A stretch of DNA of 55,435 bases from a virus (lineage: Duplodnaviria; Caudoviricetes): IMG/VR virus record IMGVR_UViG_3300025326_000038, positions 1 to 55,435 of that record. One strand, given 5' to 3'. Shown one piece after another: positions 27,033 through 36,659 of this stretch. Within the stretch, counting starts at the first letter, position 1. The number at the start of each line of letters is the position of its first letter. The notes beneath the pieces were generated by a model. The model was not told the origin of the DNA and did no database searches. It worked only from the letters and a program-made list of their open reading frames with translations. Made by a program: the position numbers and the translations under genes.

Positions 27033-29878
27033 TGGCTGACAACACCATCGGTATCAACATTACCGCGACGAACACGACCGGTCCCGAGTTCGAGAAGATC
27101 CGCGCGCTCACGAAGATGATGGGTGAGACGGTTGCATCGGCGTCGAAGAGCATGGGCGAGGGCTTCGGCCAGGTCTCGCGGGTGACGCGCGCGCTCGCCG
27201 CCGATGTCGGCTCGTCACTGAACCCGACGCTGGGTGCGATGGTCGGGAATCTCGGTCTCGTGGCGCGCGGCGCGGGCTCGATGGGTGCGGCACTCGCGGG
27301 CGTAACGGCGGTCGCCGTCGTGGGCGCGGTCGCGCTCAAGGGCTATTTCGATTCGGTGCTCAATGCGGCGGAGGCGCAAGCCAAGCTCAACATCGCAGTC
27401 CAGAGCTTCGACATCGCCTCGACACAGCAGGCGATGCTGGCCGCCTCGATCGAGCTGGAAGCCTATGCCGAGCGCGCGAAGACCTTCGGCGGGCGGCTCC
27501 GGAATGCGTTCGGCGACCTCTCGGATGCGCTCGGGATCACGCGCTCCGCGATGCAGGATCTCCAGGCGGCGGCCGCCGCCACGGCGCTGAATCTCCCGCT
27601 GGCCCAGGCGAAGAGCACGACAGAGGCGCTCCTCCAGCAGGTGCAGGCCACGATTCAGTTGCGCGGGATGCAGCTGGGTAAGGCTGAGGTCCTCCAGGAT
27701 GAGGAGGAATACCTCCGGCTCGTCAAGGCGATCAACCAGGAGTTGAGCGCCCAGTTCAGCCTGGAAGAGCGGAATCTCCGGATCAAGGCGCAGCAGGCCA
27801 TCGGCGCCGCCGGCGCCCGCAACGCCTCGCCCGCTGAGATCGGCATGATCGAGGGGCGCCTGGACAAGGACATCAGTACCCTGGCCACGCGCGCCCGCGT
27901 GGCGTTCGAGGGCCTCGAGGAGCAGCGGCGCCGGGTCAGGATGGGGCGTTTCGCCGCCGAGCTTCAGACGGCCGTCGCCGGTGCGAATCAGGCAGAAATG
28001 GGATTCACCGGCGTCAGCCCGGAGGATGCGGCGCTCGGGGTGCGGCGCGCCGCGGCCGGCGCCGAGCGGCTGCTCGCGATCGACCAGGCGCGCGTGAATG
28101 TCCTCCGCGAGCAGGGGGCGCTCACGGACGCCCAGCGGCTCTCGCTCGAGATGGCGGCGGTCGAGGCGGAGCGCCAGCTCAAGGTGCAGCAGGCCGGGTT
28201 CGATCTGGACAAGCAGGCGCTCGCCAACATGGAGGCCAGCGTACGCACGGCGGAGATCGTGCGGGCGGGACGCGAGCAGAACGAGCCACTCGCGGGCCTG
28301 GCAGCGGGCTTCCGCCTCGCGGCCGACGAAGCCGAACGCTCGGGCGCGATCATGACGACGTTCGCGCAGCAGACGGCCAGTAACATGCAGCGGGAGTTTT
28401 CGGACGGGTTCTTCAGCGTCATCACCGGCGAGTTCAAGAAGCTCCCGGACATCGGGCGACAGTTCGGCCTGGCCATGGTCCGGAGCCTCACGGATGCCTT
28501 AGCGACGATGGCGACGGCGCCCCTCTTGCGCTCGCTCCAGCAAGGGCTCGGTTTCGGCGGCGGTCAGACCTTCGTCCGCGGCCTGGGCCTCCTCGGCGCG
28601 GGCATGAGCCCGGGCGGTCTGGTCGAGGTCGGTGGGCAGCTCTTCCAGTCCGTCGCCGCGGGCGGTGGGCAGACGGTGCTCGTGCCGATGGCGGCGGGTT
28701 CTGCGGGTGGCGCCAGCGTCGCCGCCTCCATGGCGGGCATCGGGGGCCGAGCGGCAGGCGGCGGCACGGGCGGCACCGGTGGTTTCCTGAGTCTCTTCAG
28801 CGATGCGGGCTCCGCGCTCCGGGCGTTCCTCAACACGCCGCTCTCCTCGGTCGCGCCCTCGCTCTTCGGGGCCAGCACAGTCTCGGCCGGGGCCGCGTCC
28901 GCAGAGATGGCCACCGTGTCGGCGACCAGTGCCGAGATTCAGGCGATGGCGGGAGGCTCCGGTGCGACGATCGGGACCGCGCTCGGTGCGACGGCTGCCC
29001 TAGCGGGGCTAGCTTTCACGATCTACGGCGGGCTGTCAAATCCGCCCACGGCGACCAATATCGCCACGAGCGCCGTCTCGGGCGCCATCAGCGGCGCGAT
29101 CCTTGGATCATATTTCGGGCCCTACGGCACGGTGATCGGCGCCGTCGCCGGCGCGGCCCTCGGTGGCGGCGCCGCTGCCCTGGGCAAACCCGACCCGGCT
29201 GCGAAGAAAGCCCGCCAGCAGGCGGAGGTCAACCGGGCGGTGGGGGCGGCGCAGGCGCTCGGGGGCGCCGTGCAGGCGACGAACAGTGTGCAGGAACTCT
29301 TCGATCTACTCGCGGCCAATGGCTCGGGGACGAGCGGGGGCACCTCCGCGGTGGCGATCGGGACGCTCGTCTATCCCAGCGGCATGCCGGACGTCGGGCC
29401 GGGGCTCGCGATCGGTTATCCGAACGCTGCCTTTGCCGTGGCCACGGTGGACGAGTTCCGCCGCTACGGCCCCACGAGCTTCCGCGCGGTGATCCAGGCC
29501 GGCGTCAACCCCAGCTTCCTGAGTGGGCCGAATGCCGATCTCGAGACGGCGGTGAAGAGTAAGTTGCGGCAACTGATCCAGATGGAATCCCAAATCGAGC
29601 TGTCGACCTCCGATCTCCTCGCCAGCCCCTTCGGCGGCACCGTCCAGCGGACGACGACCTTCCGCGCGGATCAAGCCGGGGCCTTCGCCGGGCAGCAGCT
29701 CCGCGTCGAAGGGCCGTCCTTGAACGGGCTCACGCCGGAACAGCGGGTGGCGTTCCTGAAGGACCTCGCCAAGCTCGACCAGGACCTGAACCTCAACATC
29801 CTCTACCGCGATCCCGCCACGGACGAGATCGTGAGCATCTCGGCGACGCCGTTCTCGGGCGACGTCGTGCGGGTCTGA
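27032..29878 (+). CDS. Tape measure protein
   Basis: About 950 aa, Ala/Gly-rich helical, with a Gly-zipper hydrophobic region. Confidence 0.88.
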   Translation: MADNTIGINITATNTTGPEFEKIRALTKMMGETVASASKSMGEGFGQVSRVTRALAADVGSSLNPTLGAMVGNLGLVARGAGSMGAALAGVTAVAVVGAVALKGYFDSVLNAAEAQAKLNIAVQSFDIASTQQAMLAASIELEAYAERAKTFGGRLRNAFGDLSDALGITRSAMQDLQAAAAATALNLPLAQAKSTTEALLQQVQATIQLRGMQLGKAEVLQDEEEYLRLVKAINQELSAQFSLEERNLRIKAQQAIGAAGARNASPAEIGMIEGRLDKDISTLATRARVAFEGLEEQRRRVRMGRFAAELQTAVAGANQAEMGFTGVSPEDAALGVRRAAAGAERLLAIDQARVNVLREQGALTDAQRLSLEMAAVEAERQLKVQQAGFDLDKQALANMEASVRTAEIVRAGREQNEPLAGLAAGFRLAADEAERSGAIMTTFAQQTASNMQREFSDGFFSVITGEFKKLPDIGRQFGLAMVRSLTDALATMATAPLLRSLQQGLGFGGGQTFVRGLGLLGAGMSPGGLVEVGGQLFQSVAAGGGQTVLVPMAAGSAGGASVAASMAGIGGRAAGGGTGGTGGFLSLFSDAGSALRAFLNTPLSSVAPSLFGASTVSAGAASAEMATVSATSAEIQAMAGGSGATIGTALGATAALAGLAFTIYGGLSNPPTATNIATSAVSGAISGAILGSYFGPYGTVIGAVAGAALGGGAAALGKPDPAAKKARQQAEVNRAVGAAQALGGAVQATNSVQELFDLLAANGSGTSGGTSAVAIGTLVYPSGMPDVGPGLAIGYPNAAFAVATVDEFRRYGPTSFRAVIQAGVNPSFLSGPNADLETAVKSKLRQLIQMESQIELSTSDLLASPFGGTVQRTTTFRADQAGAFAGQQLRVEGPSLNGLTPEQRVAFLKDLAKLDQDLNLNILYRDPATDEIVSISATPFSGDVVRV

Positions 29879-29879
29879 G

Positions 29880-30455
29880 ATGGCCACCGCCACCGCGTTC
29901 TACCCGAGCCTGAGTTACGGTGTGACGCCGACGGTCATCAATTTCGGGGCCAGTGAGCCGCGCGAAGTGGCCTCGCTGATCGAGATCAACGAGGCGGCCA
30001 TCCGCAAGCAGAACGTCGCCGAAGACGGGACGACGGAGACGCTCTTTCTCCGGATCGAGACACAAGTGCGGCTGTCCTTTCAGTTTCTGACGAAGGCCAC
30101 GATCGACGCCATTCGCACCTGGTGGCGGACCCATGCCGCGCTGGGCTTGGCGTCCGGACTCAAGCTCGATCGCTTGGAGACGGCGGCGGGGCAACTGGAA
30201 TACGACACCTATAACACGTTCTTCACGACGGCCGAGCTGGTGGACGTGCAGTGGCAGCCCCGCCGAACGACCCCGCGAGGCATTCACTACGCGCTCTCGC
30301 TGACCTTCCGCCAAGGGACGCCGCCGTCCTTCACGCCGCGGGTCGGGAGCCTCTGGCTGACCGGCTATGCGCCGACCGTGCGACAGGCCTCGCTCCTGAC
30401 GCCGACAACGGGCGCGCTCGTGCTGACCGGGGTTGCGCCCACGCGGACGCCATGA
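29880..30455 (+). CDS. Distal tail-like protein with two C-terminal TPxxGxLxLTGxAP modules
   Basis: Position after tape measure; C-terminus FTPRVGSLWLTGYAPT...LTPTTGALVLTGVAPT. Confidence 0.6.
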   Translation: MATATAFYPSLSYGVTPTVINFGASEPREVASLIEINEAAIRKQNVAEDGTTETLFLRIETQVRLSFQFLTKATIDAIRTWWRTHAALGLASGLKLDRLETAAGQLEYDTYNTFFTTAELVDVQWQPRRTTPRGIHYALSLTFRQGTPPSFTPRVGSLWLTGYAPTVRQASLLTPTTGALVLTGVAPTRTP

Positions 30456-32740
30456 AAACCGCCACGGCGCCCTATCTCGTCCAGCAGAATCAGCTCCAAA
30501 CCCAGCCGCGTCTCTTCGTGCGCTTTTATGCCATTCCGTCCTTCGCCTCGGCGGTCGACTACGCCTTCTCCAGGGATTTCTCGACCGGCGAGATTCTGCA
30601 ACCGACGACAGAGAAGCTCACGATGCTGATGAAGGTGGCCGGCGTCGCGCAATCGATCAGCCCGGAGCTGGGGCAGTCGACGATCGGGCAGTTCACGCTG
30701 ACCTTCCAGGATCGAGCTGGTGAGATCCTCCGCCATATGGGGCAGCGCGTGCTACGGCTGAACGCGACCATGACGGCCACGGACCCGCCCTCAGGCGGCG
30801 CGCTCATGGTGATTGAAGATCCGTCTGGATTTCCGACCACCGGCACGCTCGACGTGTTTACCGGCGGCGTTGCCGAACGCATCCGGTATCAGGCCTACGA
30901 TGCCGTGACGCGGCGCTTTCTCGACATCACGCGTGCGGTCGATGGGACGGTCGCGGCGGGGCATGCGATCGGCGATCTCGTGCAGAACGGGGAGCAGATC
31001 CGCCCCGGGACCCGCGTGCAGATCTACGCCGGCTATGCGGGGTTGGCGGAATCCGCGTATATGCCGTATATCAAGATGCTCGTGACCTCCCGCGAAGTGG
31101 CCACGGATGGGATCACGGTGACGATCCGCGTAGCCGACATGCAGCGCACCACGCGACAGACCATTTTCCTCCAGGCGAGCCAGGACACGCCGACGCTTAT
31201 CACGGGGAATCCGCTGACGATTCTCCTGCGCGTCCTGCTCTCAACCGGCCTGGGTACGAACGGGCCGTATGACGTGCTCTCGGCTGCCGACGGGCTCAAG
31301 GTGCCCGAGAGCTTCGTGGATGTCGCCGCGATCGAAACACTGCGGGCCCTCGAGTTCCCCACCGAGACCTACGCCTATTCCCTCGTCGGACCGCAAGAGG
31401 GCAAGCGGTTTCTGGAGAAGGACATTCTGCAATCGCTCAACTGCTATCCCTTCGTGACACAGGAGGGGAAGCTCACCGTCAAGCGGTATAAGACCTTTGT
31501 CCCGCCCGGGACCATTGCGGCCCTCTTCACCCAGCAGGACATCATCAGCTGGGGATGGAACGCCGGCGACGGCAACATCATCAACATCGTGCAGTTCGAG
31601 TACGAGTTCAATCAGAGCGCCGGGGCGCCGGGCGAGTACGGGCTCCGGCAGGTGTACACGAAGACGGCGTCGTTCGATCGCTATGGGGCTAAGCCGCGCT
31701 TGCTCATTCAGTCGATGGGCATTCAGAAGAGCGAGGACGCGCAGACGATCCTCGATGATCGCGCCTTCGAGGTCTTTCGCCGATTCTCGGAGCCCCCGGC
31801 CCAGCTCACTGTGCAATGCTTCTACCGCAATCATCTGCTCGAGCCCGGGGATCTGGTGCAGGTCACCCACCCGAACATCCTCAACATCAATACCGGGCTG
31901 CGCGGGCTGGAGGACGAAGTCTTCGAGGTCGTCAACATGAGTCCCGGCTTCGATGCCGGGATGGTCACGTTGCAGCTCCTCTGGGTGGCCTCGATTGCGC
32001 CGATTACGCCACCGACCTCCGGGGGCGAGATTCCCCTTGTGCCGCCGTTCGGGCCAGGGAACTTCCCCGAGGTGGATGTCATCGGCTGGTGGGAAGACTT
32101 CTTTACGATCCTCGATCCCTCTCCAGCTGTGGGCGGCAAAGTCATGCCCAGTGGGAACTGGAACGGAACGAGCCCGTTCACCTTGTCGGGGAAGTCGATC
32201 GGCACGGTCATTGTAGCGGGCGCGGGAACGACCTTCGCGCAGATGACCCTCGCGAAAGACAATGGGGCTTTTGCGCGTGGACTCTGGATCGCCTCCAGCA
32301 ATCAAGCGCTCTGGGTGCGCTGGGCGCAGTACGGAACTGGCGCTGGGATACGATTCCTTGGGCTGGCCGGTAACACTGAAGTCGGTAATTCATTCGGCCC
32401 ATCCGACGCCCTCATCTACGATGGCGTCTACTTTACCCACACCGCTGGGGGGTTTATCGAATGTGTCTGCTGTAAGCTGACGAATCCGGCGCAACCTGCC
32501 ACGCGGGTGGAGACGCGCATCACGACCGCAATCAGCGCGGCGGATGGGGTCTACCACATCGGGAAAGCGCGCAGCAGCGGCAACGGCGCCTCGGTCGAGT
32601 TCTTCATCGACGGCGTCAGCGTGGGCGTCATCACGACGACCATTCCGACCGTCAACCTGGGTCCCGGGGCGAGCGGGAGTTCTTTCAGCGGCGCGGTCGG
32701 TCTGGAAATCGATTACTTCGGCGTGTCGGTGCCGCGATGA
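30452..32740 (+). CDS. Tail tip/baseplate hub protein with C-terminal beta-sandwich domain
   Basis: S..RYG, LEPGDLVQVTH hub-like motifs; VEFFIDG lectin-like C-terminus. Confidence 0.75.
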   Translation: MKTATAPYLVQQNQLQTQPRLFVRFYAIPSFASAVDYAFSRDFSTGEILQPTTEKLTMLMKVAGVAQSISPELGQSTIGQFTLTFQDRAGEILRHMGQRVLRLNATMTATDPPSGGALMVIEDPSGFPTTGTLDVFTGGVAERIRYQAYDAVTRRFLDITRAVDGTVAAGHAIGDLVQNGEQIRPGTRVQIYAGYAGLAESAYMPYIKMLVTSREVATDGITVTIRVADMQRTTRQTIFLQASQDTPTLITGNPLTILLRVLLSTGLGTNGPYDVLSAADGLKVPESFVDVAAIETLRALEFPTETYAYSLVGPQEGKRFLEKDILQSLNCYPFVTQEGKLTVKRYKTFVPPGTIAALFTQQDIISWGWNAGDGNIINIVQFEYEFNQSAGAPGEYGLRQVYTKTASFDRYGAKPRLLIQSMGIQKSEDAQTILDDRAFEVFRRFSEPPAQLTVQCFYRNHLLEPGDLVQVTHPNILNINTGLRGLEDEVFEVVNMSPGFDAGMVTLQLLWVASIAPITPPTSGGEIPLVPPFGPGNFPEVDVIGWWEDFFTILDPSPAVGGKVMPSGNWNGTSPFTLSGKSIGTVIVAGAGTTFAQMTLAKDNGAFARGLWIASSNQALWVRWAQYGTGAGIRFLGLAGNTEVGNSFGPSDALIYDGVYFTHTAGGFIECVCCKLTNPAQPATRVETRITTAISAADGVYHIGKARSSGNGASVEFFIDGVSVGVITTTIPTVNLGPGASGSSFSGAVGLEIDYFGVSVPR

Positions 32741-33159
32741 CGCCACTCCTCGAGCAGACGGCGGCCAAGCTCAAGCGCGACGAGGGCCGGCGGCCGAAGC
32801 CCTATCAAGATACGCGCGGGATCTGGACGGTGGGCTACGGGACAAATCTGACCAGCGGATGGTTGTCTGAGGCGGCGATGACGCAGATGTTGATGGACCG
32901 ACTCCAGGAGGTGGAGACGGCCTGCCTCGCGCTGCCGATCTGGAAGGATCTCTCGGAGCCCCGTAAGGGCGTGTTGCTGAACATCGGCTATCACGTGGGC
33001 TTCGAGGGGCTCATGCGCTTTCGGCTCATGTACCAGGCGCTCGAAGCGCGGGACTATCCACGCGCGGCGGCGGAAATTCTTGACAGCGACGCGGCGCGAG
33101 AGGTTGGCGCCCGCTACGACCGCCTCGCCAAGGCGATGCGCGAGGACGCCTGGGTATGA
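32737..33159 (+). CDS. Endolysin, phage lysozyme (GH24-like)
   Basis: DEG...PYQDTRGIWTVGYG containing the E-x8-D-x5-T triad. Confidence 0.9.
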   Translation: MTPLLEQTAAKLKRDEGRRPKPYQDTRGIWTVGYGTNLTSGWLSEAAMTQMLMDRLQEVETACLALPIWKDLSEPRKGVLLNIGYHVGFEGLMRFRLMYQALEARDYPRAAAEILDSDAAREVGARYDRLAKAMREDAWV

Positions 33160-33506
33160 CCGCCACGCTCCCGGATGAGCCACCGACCTCCGCCCGTGTC
33201 AATGGGCACCTGCGGTTGCTCGAGTACGTCGTCAAAGGGGGCCCATGGGCGCTCATCGTCGTCATTGTGCTTACGAGCCTCGCGGGCGAGTACGGCATCC
33301 TCGACAGCCAGACGCGGCGGAATGCCGATGGCATCACGTTTCACGTCGAACAATCGAAGCGGCAACAGGAGAGCCTGGAGAAGATCCTGACTGTCCTCGA
33401 AGATCAGCGCCGCATCCAGACACAGGCCGCCCTGATCGCGTGCTTCAAAGAGGCGAAAACCGATGCCGACCGATCGGACTGCATCCGAAAGTTTTCGAGC
33501 AAATAG
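33156..33506 (+). CDS. Single-TM lysis protein (holin or i-spanin-like)
   Basis: One TM helix plus coiled coil, next to the endolysin. Confidence 0.45.
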   Translation: MTATLPDEPPTSARVNGHLRLLEYVVKGGPWALIVVIVLTSLAGEYGILDSQTRRNADGITFHVEQSKRQQESLEKILTVLEDQRRIQTQAALIACFKEAKTDADRSDCIRKFSSK

Positions 33507-33514
33507 GAGCCACG

Positions 33515-33796
33515 ATGCGCTACCTCCTCTGGCTGTCCGTGGTCGCCCTGACCGGCTGCTCCCTCGCCCCCTCCGACAAGGTGCTGGAGCAGCTCGGCAA
33601 GAGCGAGCGGTCGTGGTGTGTGTCCATCACGAGCGTCTACGGCACGATGCGGGCTGGTGGGACGGGCGTCCAGGGCGGGACGATGACCTGTACGCAGGAG
33701 GGGTTAGCTGTGACGGATACTGCGTCGAAAATCGGCGTGCCGATTCTGGTGGTGCCGGAAGTGTCGATCGGCGCTCCGAAGAGGCTGGACAAGTAA
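33515..33796 (+). CDS. Lipoprotein (o-spanin candidate)
   Basis: MRYLLWLSVVALTG-C lipobox; AGGAG RBS. Confidence 0.65.
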   Translation: MRYLLWLSVVALTGCSLAPSDKVLEQLGKSERSWCVSITSVYGTMRAGGTGVQGGTMTCTQEGLAVTDTASKIGVPILVVPEVSIGAPKRLDK

Positions 33797-33936
33797 TGGA
33801 CTTCGCCGTCAGCGTCTTCGTCACCCTCGGCCTTCTCGTGGCGCTGTGGCCCTGGCTCCTCCTGGCTGCCGTCGTCGCGGTCGTGGGCTATCTCCTCTGG
33901 TCGGCGATCCGACGCCGCCGCGGGCACCTCGACTGA
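33796..33936 (+). CDS. Small two-TM holin-like peptide
   Basis: Hydrophobic 46 aa with RRRR C-tail; coupled on both sides. Confidence 0.5.
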   Translation: MDFAVSVFVTLGLLVALWPWLLLAAVVAVVGYLLWSAIRRRRGHLD

Positions 33937-34241
33937 TGGGGAGCTTCTTCAAGCAACCGTTCGAGCAGTTCCCCGTGGCAATCGACTTTGCCCCCGCGCT
34001 CCCCGCGGGCACGACCGTAAGCTCGGCCGTCTGCGCGGTGCAGGATCTGAACGACGGCACGGATCAGACGACGGCGATCCTCGTGAGCGCGAGCGCCAGT
34101 ATCTCCGGTGCGATCGCCACGGTCACGATCAAGGCCGGCACGGCGGGCCATCTTTACAACCTCCGGTTCCGGGCCACGCTCAATACGGGCTCATTGCTCG
34201 AAGAAGACGCGACGCTGTCGTGCCAACAGGAGGGCCACTAA
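33936..34241 (+). CDS. Fibre-tail adaptor-like protein
   Basis: KQP.E....IDF...L....TV.S...GTAG..Y pattern, ~100 aa. Confidence 0.6.
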   Translation: MGSFFKQPFEQFPVAIDFAPALPAGTTVSSAVCAVQDLNDGTDQTTAILVSASASISGAIATVTIKAGTAGHLYNLRFRATLNTGSLLEEDATLSCQQEGH

Positions 34242-34242
34242 G

Positions 34243-34551
34243 GTGTCGGCCATCGCCCAGCACGCTGTGGATGAGGCGATCTTTGAGCGGCAGTTCGCCT
34301 GGACGATGCTCGCGCTCACAGATCTCAGCGAGGGCGGATACGTGCAGATCCGGTGGCACGGGCGGCTCACGCCGACAAACGCGATGACGCAGTGGCGGGT
34401 GCGGGTGCGCTGGCGGGGCCAGCAGCATACCGCGATCGGTCCCGTGGACACGGGTACCCGCGCGGACGCGCTGCTCCTCGCGTGTCAGCAGGCGCTCCGG
34501 TGGCTGCAACATGAAGCCGCTACGGTTCGCATGACCGTGGTAGGAGGGTAA
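34243..34551 (+). CDS. Hypothetical protein
   Basis: ORF fills the gap in the late operon. Confidence 0.45.
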   Translation: MSAIAQHAVDEAIFERQFAWTMLALTDLSEGGYVQIRWHGRLTPTNAMTQWRVRVRWRGQQHTAIGPVDTGTRADALLLACQQALRWLQHEAATVRMTVVGG

Positions 34552-34557
34552 CTCCCC

Positions 34558-35247
34558 ATGCTGCTCTTTCCGTCACTCCACTTACGAACTGGACGACGAC
34601 TGTTCCACCTTCGTGGGAAGGGGTCTCCGCGCTCGGTTGGCCTCTCAGGTAGGCTTTACCTGACATGGGGAGTGTTGTTGCTGCTCGCCGCGCTGGCGAT
34701 CCCGGCCTCCGCGCAGACGCCCGCGGGCGTGTCCTGTCCTGTGTCGTGGTCGCTCAAGGAGTACAACGTCTACCTGGCGACCAGTCCCACCGATCCTGGG
34801 GTGAAGGTGGCCACGGTGCCCTCGGGCTTCGGACCCGCCGCGAGCTGGTCGTGGCCGTGTCCCACGGCAGCCGGGCAATACTATGTCCGCCTTGTCGCCG
34901 TCAATCTCTCGGGCGTGGAAGGCACGTCGTCTCCCGTCGTCGCCGTCGTCATTCTGCCGCCCGCGCCGCCCCCACCTCCACCCCCACCCCCGCCTCCTCC
35001 ACCTCCTCCACCTCCGCCGACAACCTCACTGCCCTCAGTCTGGACGCGGTGCGCGGACGAAAACGGCGTGTGCGCGTTTCAGGGGACGGCGGTCGTGCGC
35101 TACGGGGCCAACAGTGTCTACGTGCAGAAGACGCTGACCGATGGCACCCCGTGTACGAATGCCGTGTTTGGCGATCCGATTTTCGGAGTGTTCAAGCGCT
35201 GCGAGTACATTGATCCCGCCGCGCTCGTGGGGAGCCCGGGTCGGTGA
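34558..35247 (+). CDS. Secreted-type protein: signal peptide, FN3-like part, Pro18 linker, Cys lectin-like domain
   Basis: LLLLAALAIPASA-Q; YNVY...YYVRLVAVN; 18 prolines at 34966-35019; CADE..C...VRYG...C.N..FGDP..G..K.C. Confidence 0.65.
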   Translation: MLLFPSLHLRTGRRLFHLRGKGSPRSVGLSGRLYLTWGVLLLLAALAIPASAQTPAGVSCPVSWSLKEYNVYLATSPTDPGVKVATVPSGFGPAASWSWPCPTAAGQYYVRLVAVNLSGVEGTSSPVVAVVILPPAPPPPPPPPPPPPPPPPPPTTSLPSVWTRCADENGVCAFQGTAVVRYGANSVYVQKTLTDGTPCTNAVFGDPIFGVFKRCEYIDPAALVGSPGR

Positions 35248-35276
35248 CGCGCGCGATGCCTCCCGGTGGCGCGTAA

Positions 35277-36647
35277 ATGGCCCTCTCCCTCGGCGTCACC
35301 GCCGTTGCCTCCACCACGAGTGGCACCACAGTCACAACCCCCGCGAGGACGACGACCCCTGGGAGCACGATCGTTCTGTGCGGCGACTGGAACACGGGTG
35401 ATCCTTTTGTCTCCTTTACGGACTCCAAAGGGAATACGTGGACGCAGATCCAAACGGAGTTGGGTGCGAGTCCGAGGACCCGCATGTACTATGCGGAGAA
35501 CATTCTAGGCGGCACCAATCATACCTTCACGTTGACGATTACCAGTGCGGGCCAGCCGTCTATCTGGATGGTCGAGATTCGAGACGCCAAACTTGTCGGG
35601 GCCTTCGACCTCGGGGCCCGACAAGCGGATGCGGCCTCCCCCTTCACCTCGCCGGGGATCGCGACGACCGACGCGGACGAGTTTCTGGTCGGCTTCATGG
35701 GCGGCGATTCGGTGAGTAATCCGGCCACGCATACGGCGGGCGCGTCGATGACGCTCTTGGACCAAGTGACCAATGGCGCCTCCTTTTGGCCCGGCGCCAC
35801 GGCCTACCGCATTGTGACGGCAACGGGCACCTACAACAGTAGCTTTACCGAAGTCGGTGCCGGGAACGGTCGCGTGTGGATCGCGGCGTTCAAGGCGCCG
35901 CCCATTCAGTTCGTCAACGGCGGGAGCAACAAGACCACCGACAGTGCCCACTCGTCTCCCGTCGTCGTGACGATCCCGGCGACCGTCGCGGGCAACGATT
36001 TGGTCGTGATGGTGGAGAACGGGGAAGACCCGGCCGCGCTGCCGACGGTCTCCTCGGTCACCGCGACGGGTGCGACCTTCGTCCGTCAGGGCGGCGTGCA
36101 GAACACGAGTGGGACGGATGGGGTCAATGCGGAGTGTTGGGTGGCACGCAACGTTGCGGCCGGCATCACGTCGGTGTCCGTGGCATGGACCGCGGCCGCC
36201 GTGGGCACGGTCAGCGTGGCGGAATACTCCGGCGTCCAGGCGCTCGGGCCGGTGGTGACGGCGACGGGGAACGGGACCAGCGCGACGATCGCGCTGACCA
36301 CGCAGGATGCCGAAAACGTCGTGGTGGCCGGGCTGGGCGATGAAGACACCGCCCAGCCCGCCTTTTCCGCTGCGTCCAGCGGGACGTTCCGATCGACGCA
36401 GTATGCGCTCGGCGACGGCTCGCCTGATGTCAACGGCTGCCTGATCGACAAGGGCTCCGCGACCCCCGCGTCGGTCGTCTGTACGGTCGGGACCCCGGCC
36501 ACCGCCTCGCTGTGGGCGGCGGTGGCGCTGGAGCTGCGGAGCGTGGCGGGGGGGGCGTCGCTCACGCCGAACGCCGGCGCTACGGTGCTGGCTGGTGTCG
36601 CCCCGACCCGCGTCATCGGCACGATCCTCACCCCCACGACACCATGA
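35277..36647 (+). CDS. Two-domain beta-rich virion/adhesin protein with C-terminal TPxxG tag
   Basis: Thr/Ser/Ala-rich; TDSKGNTW, VAEYSGV; ends LTPNAGATVLAGVAPTRVIGTILTP. Confidence 0.7.
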   Translation: MALSLGVTAVASTTSGTTVTTPARTTTPGSTIVLCGDWNTGDPFVSFTDSKGNTWTQIQTELGASPRTRMYYAENILGGTNHTFTLTITSAGQPSIWMVEIRDAKLVGAFDLGARQADAASPFTSPGIATTDADEFLVGFMGGDSVSNPATHTAGASMTLLDQVTNGASFWPGATAYRIVTATGTYNSSFTEVGAGNGRVWIAAFKAPPIQFVNGGSNKTTDSAHSSPVVVTIPATVAGNDLVVMVENGEDPAALPTVSSVTATGATFVRQGGVQNTSGTDGVNAECWVARNVAAGITSVSVAWTAAAVGTVSVAEYSGVQALGPVVTATGNGTSATIALTTQDAENVVVAGLGDEDTAQPAFSAASSGTFRSTQYALGDGSPDVNGCLIDKGSATPASVVCTVGTPATASLWAAVALELRSVAGGASLTPNAGATVLAGVAPTRVIGTILTPTTP

Positions 36648-36659
36648 AAGGCTGAGCAG

